Below are positions 17,901-25,493 of a stretch of DNA of 34,029 bases, one piece after another. The stretch is from a virus (lineage: Duplodnaviria > Caudoviricetes), in the IMG/VR virus record IMGVR_UViG_3300042807_000447, positions 1 through 34,029 of that record; one strand, given 5' to 3'. Below the pieces are notes generated by a model. That model was not told the DNA's origin. It was given only the letters and a program-made list of their open reading frames with translations, and did no database searches. Position numbers and translations under genes: made by a program. Within the stretch, counting starts at the first letter, position 1, and the number at the start of each line of letters is the position of its first letter.

Positions 17901-18940
17901 AAAAGATACTTATAACTGGAATGTCCGCGTCACAGGCATCACTAAACGCCAATAGACGCTCGCTTTCCTTTGCAGGTGTAATTCATGATGTTCTTGTTGA
18001 ATCAGGACACGAGGTCGTCATGTGTGACCCACGTGTTAGCTGGTCACTTGAAGACGTTGAAGAATACTCTGCGGTGATTGTTGGTGTCTCACCGATAACA
18101 AGTCTTAGCGCAAACAAGGCATATGGTGCACTAAACCTAATTGACCTTCTGTGGGAAGATCCGCGCCTACGCCTATTAGTTGACGCACCGCACCCGGCAC
18201 AGATAAGTGCCAGTCTACGGTCGGTGCATACTAACCCGGCAAACCTCACTAAGCCTTTTTACACATACCGCCAGGGATATCAGTTAGCTGCCAGCGAAAG
18301 TGTCTCTAGGAGGCTTCTAGGGACAGTAGACAGGCTTCTAAACGATACCTGGCCAGGAACAATCTACCCATCGTTGCCTTGGCGCGATTCATTCCTTGTG
18401 TCTGATGAATTGCCTGCTGGAGCTCGAAGCGGGATAATTGGAATAAATCTAGACTCATTTCTTGTGGCTGAAAGCGCGCCAAAAGGCGACGTTGAAAAGA
18501 TTGCTAAGTGGGTAGCGGACAACAGGACATCTGCCTGGACAAAGAAGGTTGAAAAAACACTTGCACTTCCAGTATCGCCAATGAAACACACGAAGGGTGA
18601 AGATGATAGACAGGTTAGCAGTCAAATTCTGCGATCTGTTGGATCACTGATTTCGCCACACAGGGACGGGACATGGTGGACATATCGCTACATCCAGTCA
18701 CTAAACCTCGGTGTTCCCGTTGCGACTGACTGGAAGGAAAGCCAGCACATTGGTAATTCATGGAGTGTTCTTGCGGCAACAATTGAACACCTAAGTGACG
18801 GTGCGCGACGCGATCTTGCGTGGGATCAGTTGCAGGATTACATGTCGGCAATTCCGCGACGTGAAAATGTTAGAAAGACGCTTGAAGATCTGCTAGGTCT
18901 TCATTCCAAAATAGGAAAGGAAGCATATGCTGTTCGATAG
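17897..18940 (+). CDS. Putative GT-B fold glycosyltransferase 2 (paralogue of the upstream gene)
   Basis: MKKILITG...LVESGHEVV, SPITSL...GAL, and GSLISPH...WWTYRYIQSLNLGVPVATD align with the upstream protein. Confidence 0.6.
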   Translation: MKKILITGMSASQASLNANRRSLSFAGVIHDVLVESGHEVVMCDPRVSWSLEDVEEYSAVIVGVSPITSLSANKAYGALNLIDLLWEDPRLRLLVDAPHPAQISASLRSVHTNPANLTKPFYTYRQGYQLAASESVSRRLLGTVDRLLNDTWPGTIYPSLPWRDSFLVSDELPAGARSGIIGINLDSFLVAESAPKGDVEKIAKWVADNRTSAWTKKVEKTLALPVSPMKHTKGEDDRQVSSQILRSVGSLISPHRDGTWWTYRYIQSLNLGVPVATDWKESQHIGNSWSVLAATIEHLSDGARRDLAWDQLQDYMSAIPRRENVRKTLEDLLGLHSKIGKEAYAVR

Positions 18941-19409
18941 TTGGTTACGCAGAACAAAGGATCTTCAGAGAGATGTTTACTTCATCAACTATGAAGAGAT
19001 GGAGGGCGATAAGGACGCAAATATCCGTCGCCTTGTCGAGTACATGCGGTGGAACATGCTAGCCATTGATGACGAACTCGCAGAGATGCGTCAGGCAATC
19101 TCGTGGAAGCCTTGGCAGCACGACAAACCATACGCAGATCGCGAAGAGATCATCAAGGAAGCGGTTGACGTTTTACACTTTGTCGCAAACATCATTGTTG
19201 CGGCTGGTGGAACAGACGAGCAACTAAACAAGTTCTACGTTGAGAAGATGGAAAAGAACAGGCAACGTCAACTCAATGGTTATAAGGTAAAAGAGATCGG
19301 CGTCAAGTGTGGCATCTGCTCACGCGCAATTGACGACGTAGGTGAAGGCAGACGCCTCGGTGTTTGCGCAAAGTGTGAGCCAATAATCGAAGGAGAAACA
19401 AATGCCTAA
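18927..19409 (+). CDS. All-alpha dNTP pyrophosphatase (dimeric dUTPase / dCTPase-like) with C-terminal zinc ribbon
   Basis: DDELAEM...WKPW...KEAVDVLHF...YVEKMEKNRQRQ family motifs; C-terminal CGIC...CAKC. Confidence 0.85.
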   Translation: MLFDSWLRRTKDLQRDVYFINYEEMEGDKDANIRRLVEYMRWNMLAIDDELAEMRQAISWKPWQHDKPYADREEIIKEAVDVLHFVANIIVAAGGTDEQLNKFYVEKMEKNRQRQLNGYKVKEIGVKCGICSRAIDDVGEGRRLGVCAKCEPIIEGETNA

Positions 19410-19824
19410 CATTGATGAACAGTGGGTGCGCTCACAGTTTGAGGCCGCAAAGGTAAAGGTTGCGTCTGGAAAGGCAGTGCTTGAGCTACTAAAAACCTGG
19501 GAAGGTATTGACCTTAGCGAGAAGCAGGCAAAGGAAGCCGTAGAGATATTCTCTAAGGTTGCGCTGAACTACGCGCTCATAGAACCGCCAGTAAAGAATG
19601 AAAGATGGGAACCTCTGCGTCCAGGGTTTATTACCGTTGGCGACGAGGTACGCGTTGTGCATGACGCCTATGAAGGAGATCTAGGCAGAGTACACAACGG
19701 ACGTCGTGGAAAGGTGGTTGCAGTTCGCTACGGTGACGTGATCTTTAAGTCAACTGATGGAAAGAGCCCAGTACTTGACGGTGCGCACTACACACCGTAT
19801 AAGCTAGAGAAGTTGGTTTCGTAA
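19402..19824 (+). CDS. Hypothetical protein with possible SH3/KOW-like C-terminal domain
   Basis: AAGGAG RBS; VGDEVRV...GRRGKVVAVRYGDVIF. Confidence 0.7.
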   Translation: MPNIDEQWVRSQFEAAKVKVASGKAVLELLKTWEGIDLSEKQAKEAVEIFSKVALNYALIEPPVKNERWEPLRPGFITVGDEVRVVHDAYEGDLGRVHNGRRGKVVAVRYGDVIFKSTDGKSPVLDGAHYTPYKLEKLVS

Positions 19825-20012
19825 TGAGAACCACCTTTGAGTTCGAGGCAACTGGCACATCCCACGAGGAACTTCAGCGTAAGGCTGAGGAGCTTGTTGC
19901 ACGATACCTCAACATTGAATTGGATTCGGTTGAGTCCAAGACCGACATTGAAATGAACGTCAAGGCGGAAAATGATGTATTTACCGCAAAGGTACACGTA
20001 AGGATAAAGTGA
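19824..20012 (+). CDS. Small hypothetical protein
   Basis: 62-aa ORF translationally coupled on both sides. Confidence 0.65.
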   Translation: MRTTFEFEATGTSHEELQRKAEELVARYLNIELDSVESKTDIEMNVKAENDVFTAKVHVRIK

Positions 20013-20320
20013 TGAGTGAAGAACAGACAACAAGTAACCCTGCCCGCGTTGAAGCCTTACGTGAAGCTGCCCGTCTAATCAGCGGTGAACGCGACGCGCA
20101 GTACGGAAGCCCTGGAGATAACTTTGCGCGTATTGCAAAGATCTGGTCAGTGGTTCTCGGAATAACCGTCAGCGAGGAAGACGTAGCAATGTGCATGGTA
20201 GGTCTCAAGATGGCGCGCTACGCAAGCAAGTCTGGTTTCCAACCTGACACCTGGATTGACATCGCGGGGTACGCAGGTTGCGGCTACGAGGTTGGAAACG
20301 ACCTGTCCAAAAAGAACTAA
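20012..20320 (+). CDS. DUF6378-like protein (small helical phage protein, often near nucleotide metabolism genes)
   Basis: LREAARLISGERDAQYGSPGDNFARIAKIW...LKMAR...DTWIDIAGYA signature. Confidence 0.8.
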   Translation: MSEEQTTSNPARVEALREAARLISGERDAQYGSPGDNFARIAKIWSVVLGITVSEEDVAMCMVGLKMARYASKSGFQPDTWIDIAGYAGCGYEVGNDLSKKN

Positions 20321-20396
20321 AAACAGTACCATAAATGCAGACATAAGCTGCCTTCTCAGTATAAGGTCCTCTATAGGATAAACTACGGAGGCAACG

Positions 20397-21668
20397 ATGA
20401 GCAACCCTACTTTTGTTGACTGTAATGGCTTAGCTGGGTTTATGAGTCTTGGGCTTATCAAGTCCGGAATGCAAATGGTTGGTCGCACAGGTACGCTGAA
20501 CTTTGGTAACCCGCTTGCTGAGGCAAACAGAAACTACCTTGGAAACCAGTGGGGAACGTTCTTTAGCGATGACTCAGACGAGTGGCCAGTACACAAGGTT
20601 GACGTTGTTGCTGGTTGTCCTCCATGCTCTGGCTGGTCTGTATGGTCAGGTCCTGCAAATCGCGGTCCTGATTCTGCGGCGCACGAGCACACGCGTGCGT
20701 TCATGCGCTATGCCGCAAGAGTAAAGCCTAAGATGATTGCCTTTGAGTGTGTGCAGCCCGCGTACACAACTGGGCGTGCGGTTATGGTTAAGTACCGCGA
20801 CATGGTCGAGGAACTGTCAGGCAAGAAGTACGACCTATACCACGTCAAACATAACAACCTTCAGCTTGGTGGATTCTCATATCGACCTCGCTACTTCTGG
20901 GTAGCAGTTGAATCCGGAATGAAGTTTGGCGCTGCGGTGACAGAACCAACTCGGCTTCCACGTATCATGGACATCATCGGTGATCTTGCAAAGCTTCCAC
21001 AGACATGGAATCCGCAGCCGTACCTAGACGAACCTGGTCCATACGTAAAACACCTAAAGTCAAAGACCGGAACAGTCAACGGTCACATTGGTAAGGAAAG
21101 TATTCACACCCAAAGAATCCAGGAAGTGTTTGATCTTATTGGCAACACTGGTTGGCCAGGCAACGGTGATCTTGGATCTGCGGTGAAGAAGGCCGTTGAC
21201 ATGAACGGCGGAAAGTTTCCACAGAAGTGGATTGACATTGAGCCACGCCTACGCCGCCGCGACTTTAAGCTAGGTTTCTCCCAGCCGTATCGCTGGAAGG
21301 AAGATCACTGGTGTAACGTGCTAACAGGCTCCGCGCTCGAGGGTGTAATTCACCCAACGGAACCAAGACTTATTACACACCGTGAGGCTGCACGCATGCA
21401 AGGCTTACCTGACGACTGGGACATTGAAGGTGCAAAGGATTACTCAAGCCTAAAGGCTGTATGGGGCAAGGCTGTTCCATTGCAGGCTGCCACATGGCTT
21501 GGAGAGGCTCTCACTGCCTCCCTGAGCGGACAACCTAACGGTGACCAAGGTGAACTAATCGGCGAGCGCGAATACCTATTAGACCTTGATAAGGGCTTTT
21601 CTCGACATGCGGTGAAAAGAAAGTACTACCCTGAGGCAATTGAAACCGTGGTGCCAAGTGACAAGTGA
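20397..21668 (+). CDS. Divergent DNA C5-cytosine methyltransferase homologue with altered cofactor-binding motifs
   Basis: Motif IV GCPPCSGWS, motif VI FECV, motif VIII YRPRYFW, motif IX RLITHREAARMQGLPD, motif X WGKAVP; motif I degenerate (DCNGLAGF). Confidence 0.85.
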   Translation: MSNPTFVDCNGLAGFMSLGLIKSGMQMVGRTGTLNFGNPLAEANRNYLGNQWGTFFSDDSDEWPVHKVDVVAGCPPCSGWSVWSGPANRGPDSAAHEHTRAFMRYAARVKPKMIAFECVQPAYTTGRAVMVKYRDMVEELSGKKYDLYHVKHNNLQLGGFSYRPRYFWVAVESGMKFGAAVTEPTRLPRIMDIIGDLAKLPQTWNPQPYLDEPGPYVKHLKSKTGTVNGHIGKESIHTQRIQEVFDLIGNTGWPGNGDLGSAVKKAVDMNGGKFPQKWIDIEPRLRRRDFKLGFSQPYRWKEDHWCNVLTGSALEGVIHPTEPRLITHREAARMQGLPDDWDIEGAKDYSSLKAVWGKAVPLQAATWLGEALTASLSGQPNGDQGELIGEREYLLDLDKGFSRHAVKRKYYPEAIETVVPSDK

Positions 21669-21942
21669 GAAGAACACATACCCTTGCTGCGAGCGTTGCT
21701 GGGTAAAGGACAACTCGCGTTGGGAGCCAGACGGCGTCAGTGAACAGGGTGAACTTACCACCAAGTTAACGGCGGTCGCGGTTCCGGTGTTTCTTCAACT
21801 CGGTACCGTGAACATCTGCTCAACCTGCGGTGACGTAACGGTTGTTGGCATCTACCGTGATCTTGAGGAGGACGAGGTCCAATATGACGTTGATCCACTT
21901 GCGGTTGCAGATGGCGACGAGATACCACCGTTCCTGATATAA
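21640..21942 (+). CDS. Small putative zinc-binding protein
   Basis: CERC...CSTC pairs and an acidic tail; overlaps the MTase 3' end. The start may be the GTG at 21658. Confidence 0.6.
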   Translation: MKPWCQVTSEKNTYPCCERCWVKDNSRWEPDGVSEQGELTTKLTAVAVPVFLQLGTVNICSTCGDVTVVGIYRDLEEDEVQYDVDPLAVADGDEIPPFLI

Positions 21943-21943
21943 T
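21935..21943 (+). promoter_or_regulatory. Extended -10 promoter element (TGnTATAAT)
   Basis: TGATATAAT followed by an AAGGA RBS and the GTG at 21974. Confidence 0.65.
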
Positions 21944-21973
21944 TAGACTAAGACAAAATGACGAAGGACAACA

Positions 21974-22501
21974 GTGCAAACATTCATGCAGCAGACAGAC
22001 TCGTTCGAGCGCATTGCCGCGGAGCTTGATAACAAGCGCCTACACAAGCAAACCCTTGAAGGCTGGCAATGTCTACTTGCTCTAACCAAGCTTAACCCAC
22101 AAGGCGAGTTCCGCGACCCTAAAGGCTGGGTCAACCACCCTGTTGCGCACATGTGGCGTGGGCACGAAGCCCTGCTAGTTTCCTACCTTGCCGCGACATA
22201 TTTTGAGTGGCGTAAGCGTGGCTTCAAGTCAACCATGCTTGAAAAGATCTACGGCACATTTGACATTGCAGTCGACCGTGGCTTGATATCACCGGATATC
22301 ACCTTCCCGATATGGATGTCGGACAAGGACAAGTTTGAACAGGTAGCGGCAACACACCGTGTATCACTGCTGCGCAAGGACTACGCCTGGTATTCACAGT
22401 TTGGCTGGGCAGAAGACCCAGGCGAGCGCCCTCCGTACTACCAGTACCTATGGCCTGACGCAAACGGCAACTTATACCTCGGTACCTATAACAACATGTA
22501 G
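21974..22501 (+). CDS. Pyrimidine-dimer DNA glycosylase / DenV-like protein (MSMEG_6728-like family)
   Basis: MQTF...LDNKRLHKQTLE...GWVNHP...MWRGHE...EWRKRG...THRVSLLRKD...YLWP signature. Confidence 0.8.
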   Translation: MQTFMQQTDSFERIAAELDNKRLHKQTLEGWQCLLALTKLNPQGEFRDPKGWVNHPVAHMWRGHEALLVSYLAATYFEWRKRGFKSTMLEKIYGTFDIAVDRGLISPDITFPIWMSDKDKFEQVAATHRVSLLRKDYAWYSQFGWAEDPGERPPYYQYLWPDANGNLYLGTYNNM

Positions 22502-22520
22502 TTTGGCCTTTTAGGCCAAA
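22502..22520. terminator. Perfect 8-bp hairpin directly after a stop codon; possible terminator
   Basis: TTTGGCCT-ttt-AGGCCAAA; no downstream U-tract on either strand. Confidence 0.4.
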
Positions 22521-22649
22521 AAGCGAGGCTCTCAGACGCCCGTAGAGACACTTTCACGACCTGTCCTGATAGTTTCCATGGGCCAAAATTATAGGAAATT
22601 ACCGCCCTACCTTGTTCGCTTTGAGTACAACTCGATATACAATGTATCT

Positions 22650-22991
22650 GTGCGAGACTCTAGAGCAGGTGAAACCCTGTGGCGTGAATGGACCGGTGAA
22701 GGCTTTGAGCCTGCTGGCCAAACCTCCGTTGTGTTCTATACAGATGAACACGTTGACGTTGAACACGAGGTAGTCCGACGCGCTCTTGCGTCGGCGCTAC
22801 AGCGAGACGGATCCGCTGTCTCGTTAGGTGAAGGGTTTGGCGCCATCGACAACGGAGTCATTACACAGGGTTACGCAGGTACAGTTGACGGATCAACTGA
22901 GCTGTACTACTGTGATGAAGACGGAGAAACCGAGCACGGAGACTTGGTAGATGACCTAACCCCGGTTACGTGGGTTGAGGTCTTAATTTGA
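22650..22991 (+). CDS. Acidic hypothetical protein, probably leaderless GTG start
   Basis: The ORF track starts at 22578, but TACAAT at 22638-22643 sits 6 nt before an in-frame GTG at 22650 that has no RBS. Confidence 0.6.
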   Translation: MRDSRAGETLWREWTGEGFEPAGQTSVVFYTDEHVDVEHEVVRRALASALQRDGSAVSLGEGFGAIDNGVITQGYAGTVDGSTELYYCDEDGETEHGDLVDDLTPVTWVEVLI

Positions 22992-23524
22992 CAAAACATA
23001 CTGATCTAAGTTGGCAAAAAGGCGCGGTTTGCGCACAGCCACAAAATGAAGAAATTCGCGATTACTTTTTCTCAACGGTGCCCGCTGAGAAGTATCAAGC
23101 AAAGAACTTATGTTTCGAGTGCCCTGTTCGCAAGGACTGTTTAAAGTGGGCTCTAGAGAATCGTCAGATCTGGGGAATCTGGGGTGGACGCGATGAAGGT
23201 GAGATGCGTCGCGCGCTTAGCGTTTCATGGAACGGACAGGAGTCTCGTCGTCAACGTTATCCACAGTGCCCATATTGCATGGCACGACCAAATAAGCTTG
23301 AAACGCTAACTGTTCCTGTTCCTGGTGGTGGACGTTGGGCAACCATGCGTCTTGTTCATTGCACCGCATGTGACTTTACCTGGCGCTCACGAACAAGCGC
23401 TAACGCAGTTGATGCATACCACGTAGATCGAGTTGAGCGCTTAGAGCGTCAAGCTCGCGAGAAAGCTAAGAAGAAGCTTCGGGCTGAGCAGCGACGTAAA
23501 AAGAAAGATTTGAAGAAAGCCTAG
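22988..23524 (+). CDS. whiB: WhiB-family transcription factor with C-terminal zinc ribbon and basic tail
   Basis: W...AVC...FF...AKNLCFECPVRKDCLKWAL...GIWGG WhiB signature; additional CPYC...CTAC. Confidence 0.9.
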   Translation: MTKHTDLSWQKGAVCAQPQNEEIRDYFFSTVPAEKYQAKNLCFECPVRKDCLKWALENRQIWGIWGGRDEGEMRRALSVSWNGQESRRQRYPQCPYCMARPNKLETLTVPVPGGGRWATMRLVHCTACDFTWRSRTSANAVDAYHVDRVERLERQAREKAKKKLRAEQRRKKKDLKKA

Positions 23525-24542
23525 TCTTTTCTTCCTCTGGTGCAAGATCAACTGCAATACGACCGTGTTCTAACGCCTCGTCAAACTTGCCTAGACGAAA
23601 CGCGGCAATTGCCAACATGTCGTGTGGAGTATATCCCCACGACTCGGCCTCGTTAAGATACTCAAGCGGGCGTTCCTTAATTGCTAATGCTGCATGAGCT
23701 GCAGCGTAGCACTTTTCCCAGTCGCTTGTAGAGTAGTAGTACTTTGCAAGATCAACGTGCGGTTCGCGGCGTCCAGGTGACTGTTCAATTGCGCGCTCGC
23801 ACCAATACTCTGTCTTGCCCTGCTCGATCTTTGCGAGGTAGCGCATCGAGGCTGCTCGCTCTGGCGGCCAAACTGCACGTGGAAGAGCTAGGTGACGCTT
23901 AAACTCGATTGCCGCTTCGTCCCAACGGTTATAGAAATACAACTCGCGTGCGTAGTAGAACGCGTTGCGGTCATCGTGGGGATCCTCATCAACTGCAAAC
24001 TTTAACAGTGGAAGATACTGTGAACGTGGCTTAGTGTTATCGGCGTGGTGGTGGATCTTTAGACCAGTCCAACCTTCAGTCTGTTGCGTGTCACCGTAGG
24101 TTGTAAGAACCTCGTGAACCGGGTGCTTCCAGCGATAGCCAAAACGCTTGTGGATCTTGTCTCCACCATAGATTAGTCCCGGTGAGCCGTCTGCGTTCCA
24201 TGACCAGGTATATTCGTAACGCGGACGCGTCCAACCCTCTCTATGGGCCTTCTCGAGCTCTTCTCGCCATCCCGGGAGCAGCACCTCGTCCATGTCTAAC
24301 GCAATGCAATAGTCAATGTCAGCAGGTAGTGCAGCAAGCGACGCGTTGCGCGCCATGTCAAAACGCCAAGGCTTTACTACGACGTCAACAACGTTGATAC
24401 CAAGATTCTTGGCTGCCTCAATGGTGCCGTCAGTGGAGCCAGTATCTGCTATCAAAAGATAGTCAGCTTCCTTTGCAGACTCATACCACGGCTGAACAAA
24501 CTGCAACTCATTGAGTGCAATTGTGTATATCGCTACCTTCAT
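23466..24542 (-). CDS. Family 2 (GT-A) glycosyltransferase with C-terminal TPR repeats
   Basis: YTIALNE, DTGSTDGT, FDMARN, LDMDE (DxD), WKHPVHE, then TPR-like helices (FYYARELY, DLAKYYY). Confidence 0.9.
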   Translation of the reverse strand: MKVAIYTIALNELQFVQPWYESAKEADYLLIADTGSTDGTIEAAKNLGINVVDVVVKPWRFDMARNASLAALPADIDYCIALDMDEVLLPGWREELEKAHREGWTRPRYEYTWSWNADGSPGLIYGGDKIHKRFGYRWKHPVHEVLTTYGDTQQTEGWTGLKIHHHADNTKPRSQYLPLLKFAVDEDPHDDRNAFYYARELYFYNRWDEAAIEFKRHLALPRAVWPPERAASMRYLAKIEQGKTEYWCERAIEQSPGRREPHVDLAKYYYSTSDWEKCYAAAHAALAIKERPLEYLNEAESWGYTPHDMLAIAAFRLGKFDEALEHGRIAVDLAPEEEKTRLSSNLSFYVAAQPEASS

Positions 24543-24563
24543 ATGTCTCTCCCAGGTCTTGTG

Positions 24564-24818
24564 TTAAGCTTTGTCTGTGTCTACTTCTTCTGACTTTGTC
24601 TCTGGATCTGTGGATTCTTCTGTATCTCCACTGTAAACTTGAACTGTGTCTTTTAGTCTAACCTTGCGCTGGCTAATGTACCCGCCATCACGATCTAGTT
24701 TTTCTTTTGCTTCAGCCTCAGTACGCGCAAATATCTGAATAACCATCTTTACTTCATATGTGAAGCAGCGGGTTTCCATGTTATTTACTAGTTCTTCTAA
24801 GCTATCTTTCTCGGTCAT
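24564..24818 (-). CDS. Small hypothetical protein
   Basis: 84-aa ORF with a GAAAGG RBS and an upstream TAGGAT -10-like element. Confidence 0.65.
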   Translation of the reverse strand: MTEKDSLEELVNNMETRCFTYEVKMVIQIFARTEAEAKEKLDRDGGYISQRKVRLKDTVQVYSGDTEESTDPETKSEEVDTDKA

Positions 24819-24872
24819 TGCGTACCTTTCTTCGTTGGTGTCTTACGTAACATATCCTATACTATAGAAGTC

Positions 24873-25490
24873 CTAATATGGTGTAGATCCACTAAAACTA
24901 TCGTGGGCAGTTCCTGTCCAAAAGCCGGTGTCTCCATCAAAGTATGTTCCCGCGGTATCGCCTTTTTCAACCATGACGTCGTCAACGTAGAAGATATCTC
25001 CGCTTGTGGTAGATGCGGTCACGATACGGAAATTAAGGAAGTTTGCTGTGGCTGCCTTGGTGATTGTGCCTGAAAGTCGTACCCAGTTTCCAGTTACCGA
25101 TAGGCTTTGGATTCCAAGGTTTCCAGATGCAACTGTTGGTCCACCGATGTTTTCATATTGCAGTTGACGAATTGAGTAGTTTGCAGTTGTTGCGCCAGTT
25201 TCTAGCTTTACATACGCACTGATTGTGTAGAAGCCGCTACCAGCAACAAGAGGTAGGTTTGAGTATTGCGCCGCTGAGGCAGAAGAATTGACAACCTTTA
25301 GTGACGCAACACCACTACGATAGTTTACTGTGTCACGACTAAGAGTGGCGCCAGCAACGGCAGACCAACCTGCTGTGTCTACCTCAAATGCTGGATTTTC
25401 TACCCAGTTAGTTCTGTAACCAAGAAGGAAAGGTTCTGCAGGGTTCTTTAGATAACCTGCACCTGATACAACACCAAGACTAAGAGGCAT
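24873..25490 (-). CDS. Virion protein with carbohydrate-binding-module-like (CBM4/9-type) jelly roll
   Basis: NWVENPAFEVDTAGW...YTISAYVK...WVRLS...FYVDDVMVE...YFDG pattern common in actinophage minor tail proteins. Confidence 0.7.
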   Translation of the reverse strand: MPLSLGVVSGAGYLKNPAEPFLLGYRTNWVENPAFEVDTAGWSAVAGATLSRDTVNYRSGVASLKVVNSSASAAQYSNLPLVAGSGFYTISAYVKLETGATTANYSIRQLQYENIGGPTVASGNLGIQSLSVTGNWVRLSGTITKAATANFLNFRIVTASTTSGDIFYVDDVMVEKGDTAGTYFDGDTGFWTGTAHDSFSGSTPY

Positions 25491-25493
25491 CTT

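Noticed and set aside
20397-21668. Methyltransferase as part of a restriction-modification pair or as a pseudogene
   Set aside because: No adjacent endonuclease is recognisable; the ORF is full length with RBS and intact catalytic motifs, so decay is not supported.
7625-22501. 7-deazaguanine, 2-aminoadenine or TET-dependent modification pathways
   Set aside because: No DpdA/FolE/QueC, PurZ or TET/JBP dioxygenase motifs were recognised in the window.
22521-22640. Intergenic stretch as a possible tRNA or ncRNA
   Set aside because: No cloverleaf, T-loop or CCA pattern was found; it appears to hold promoter elements only.
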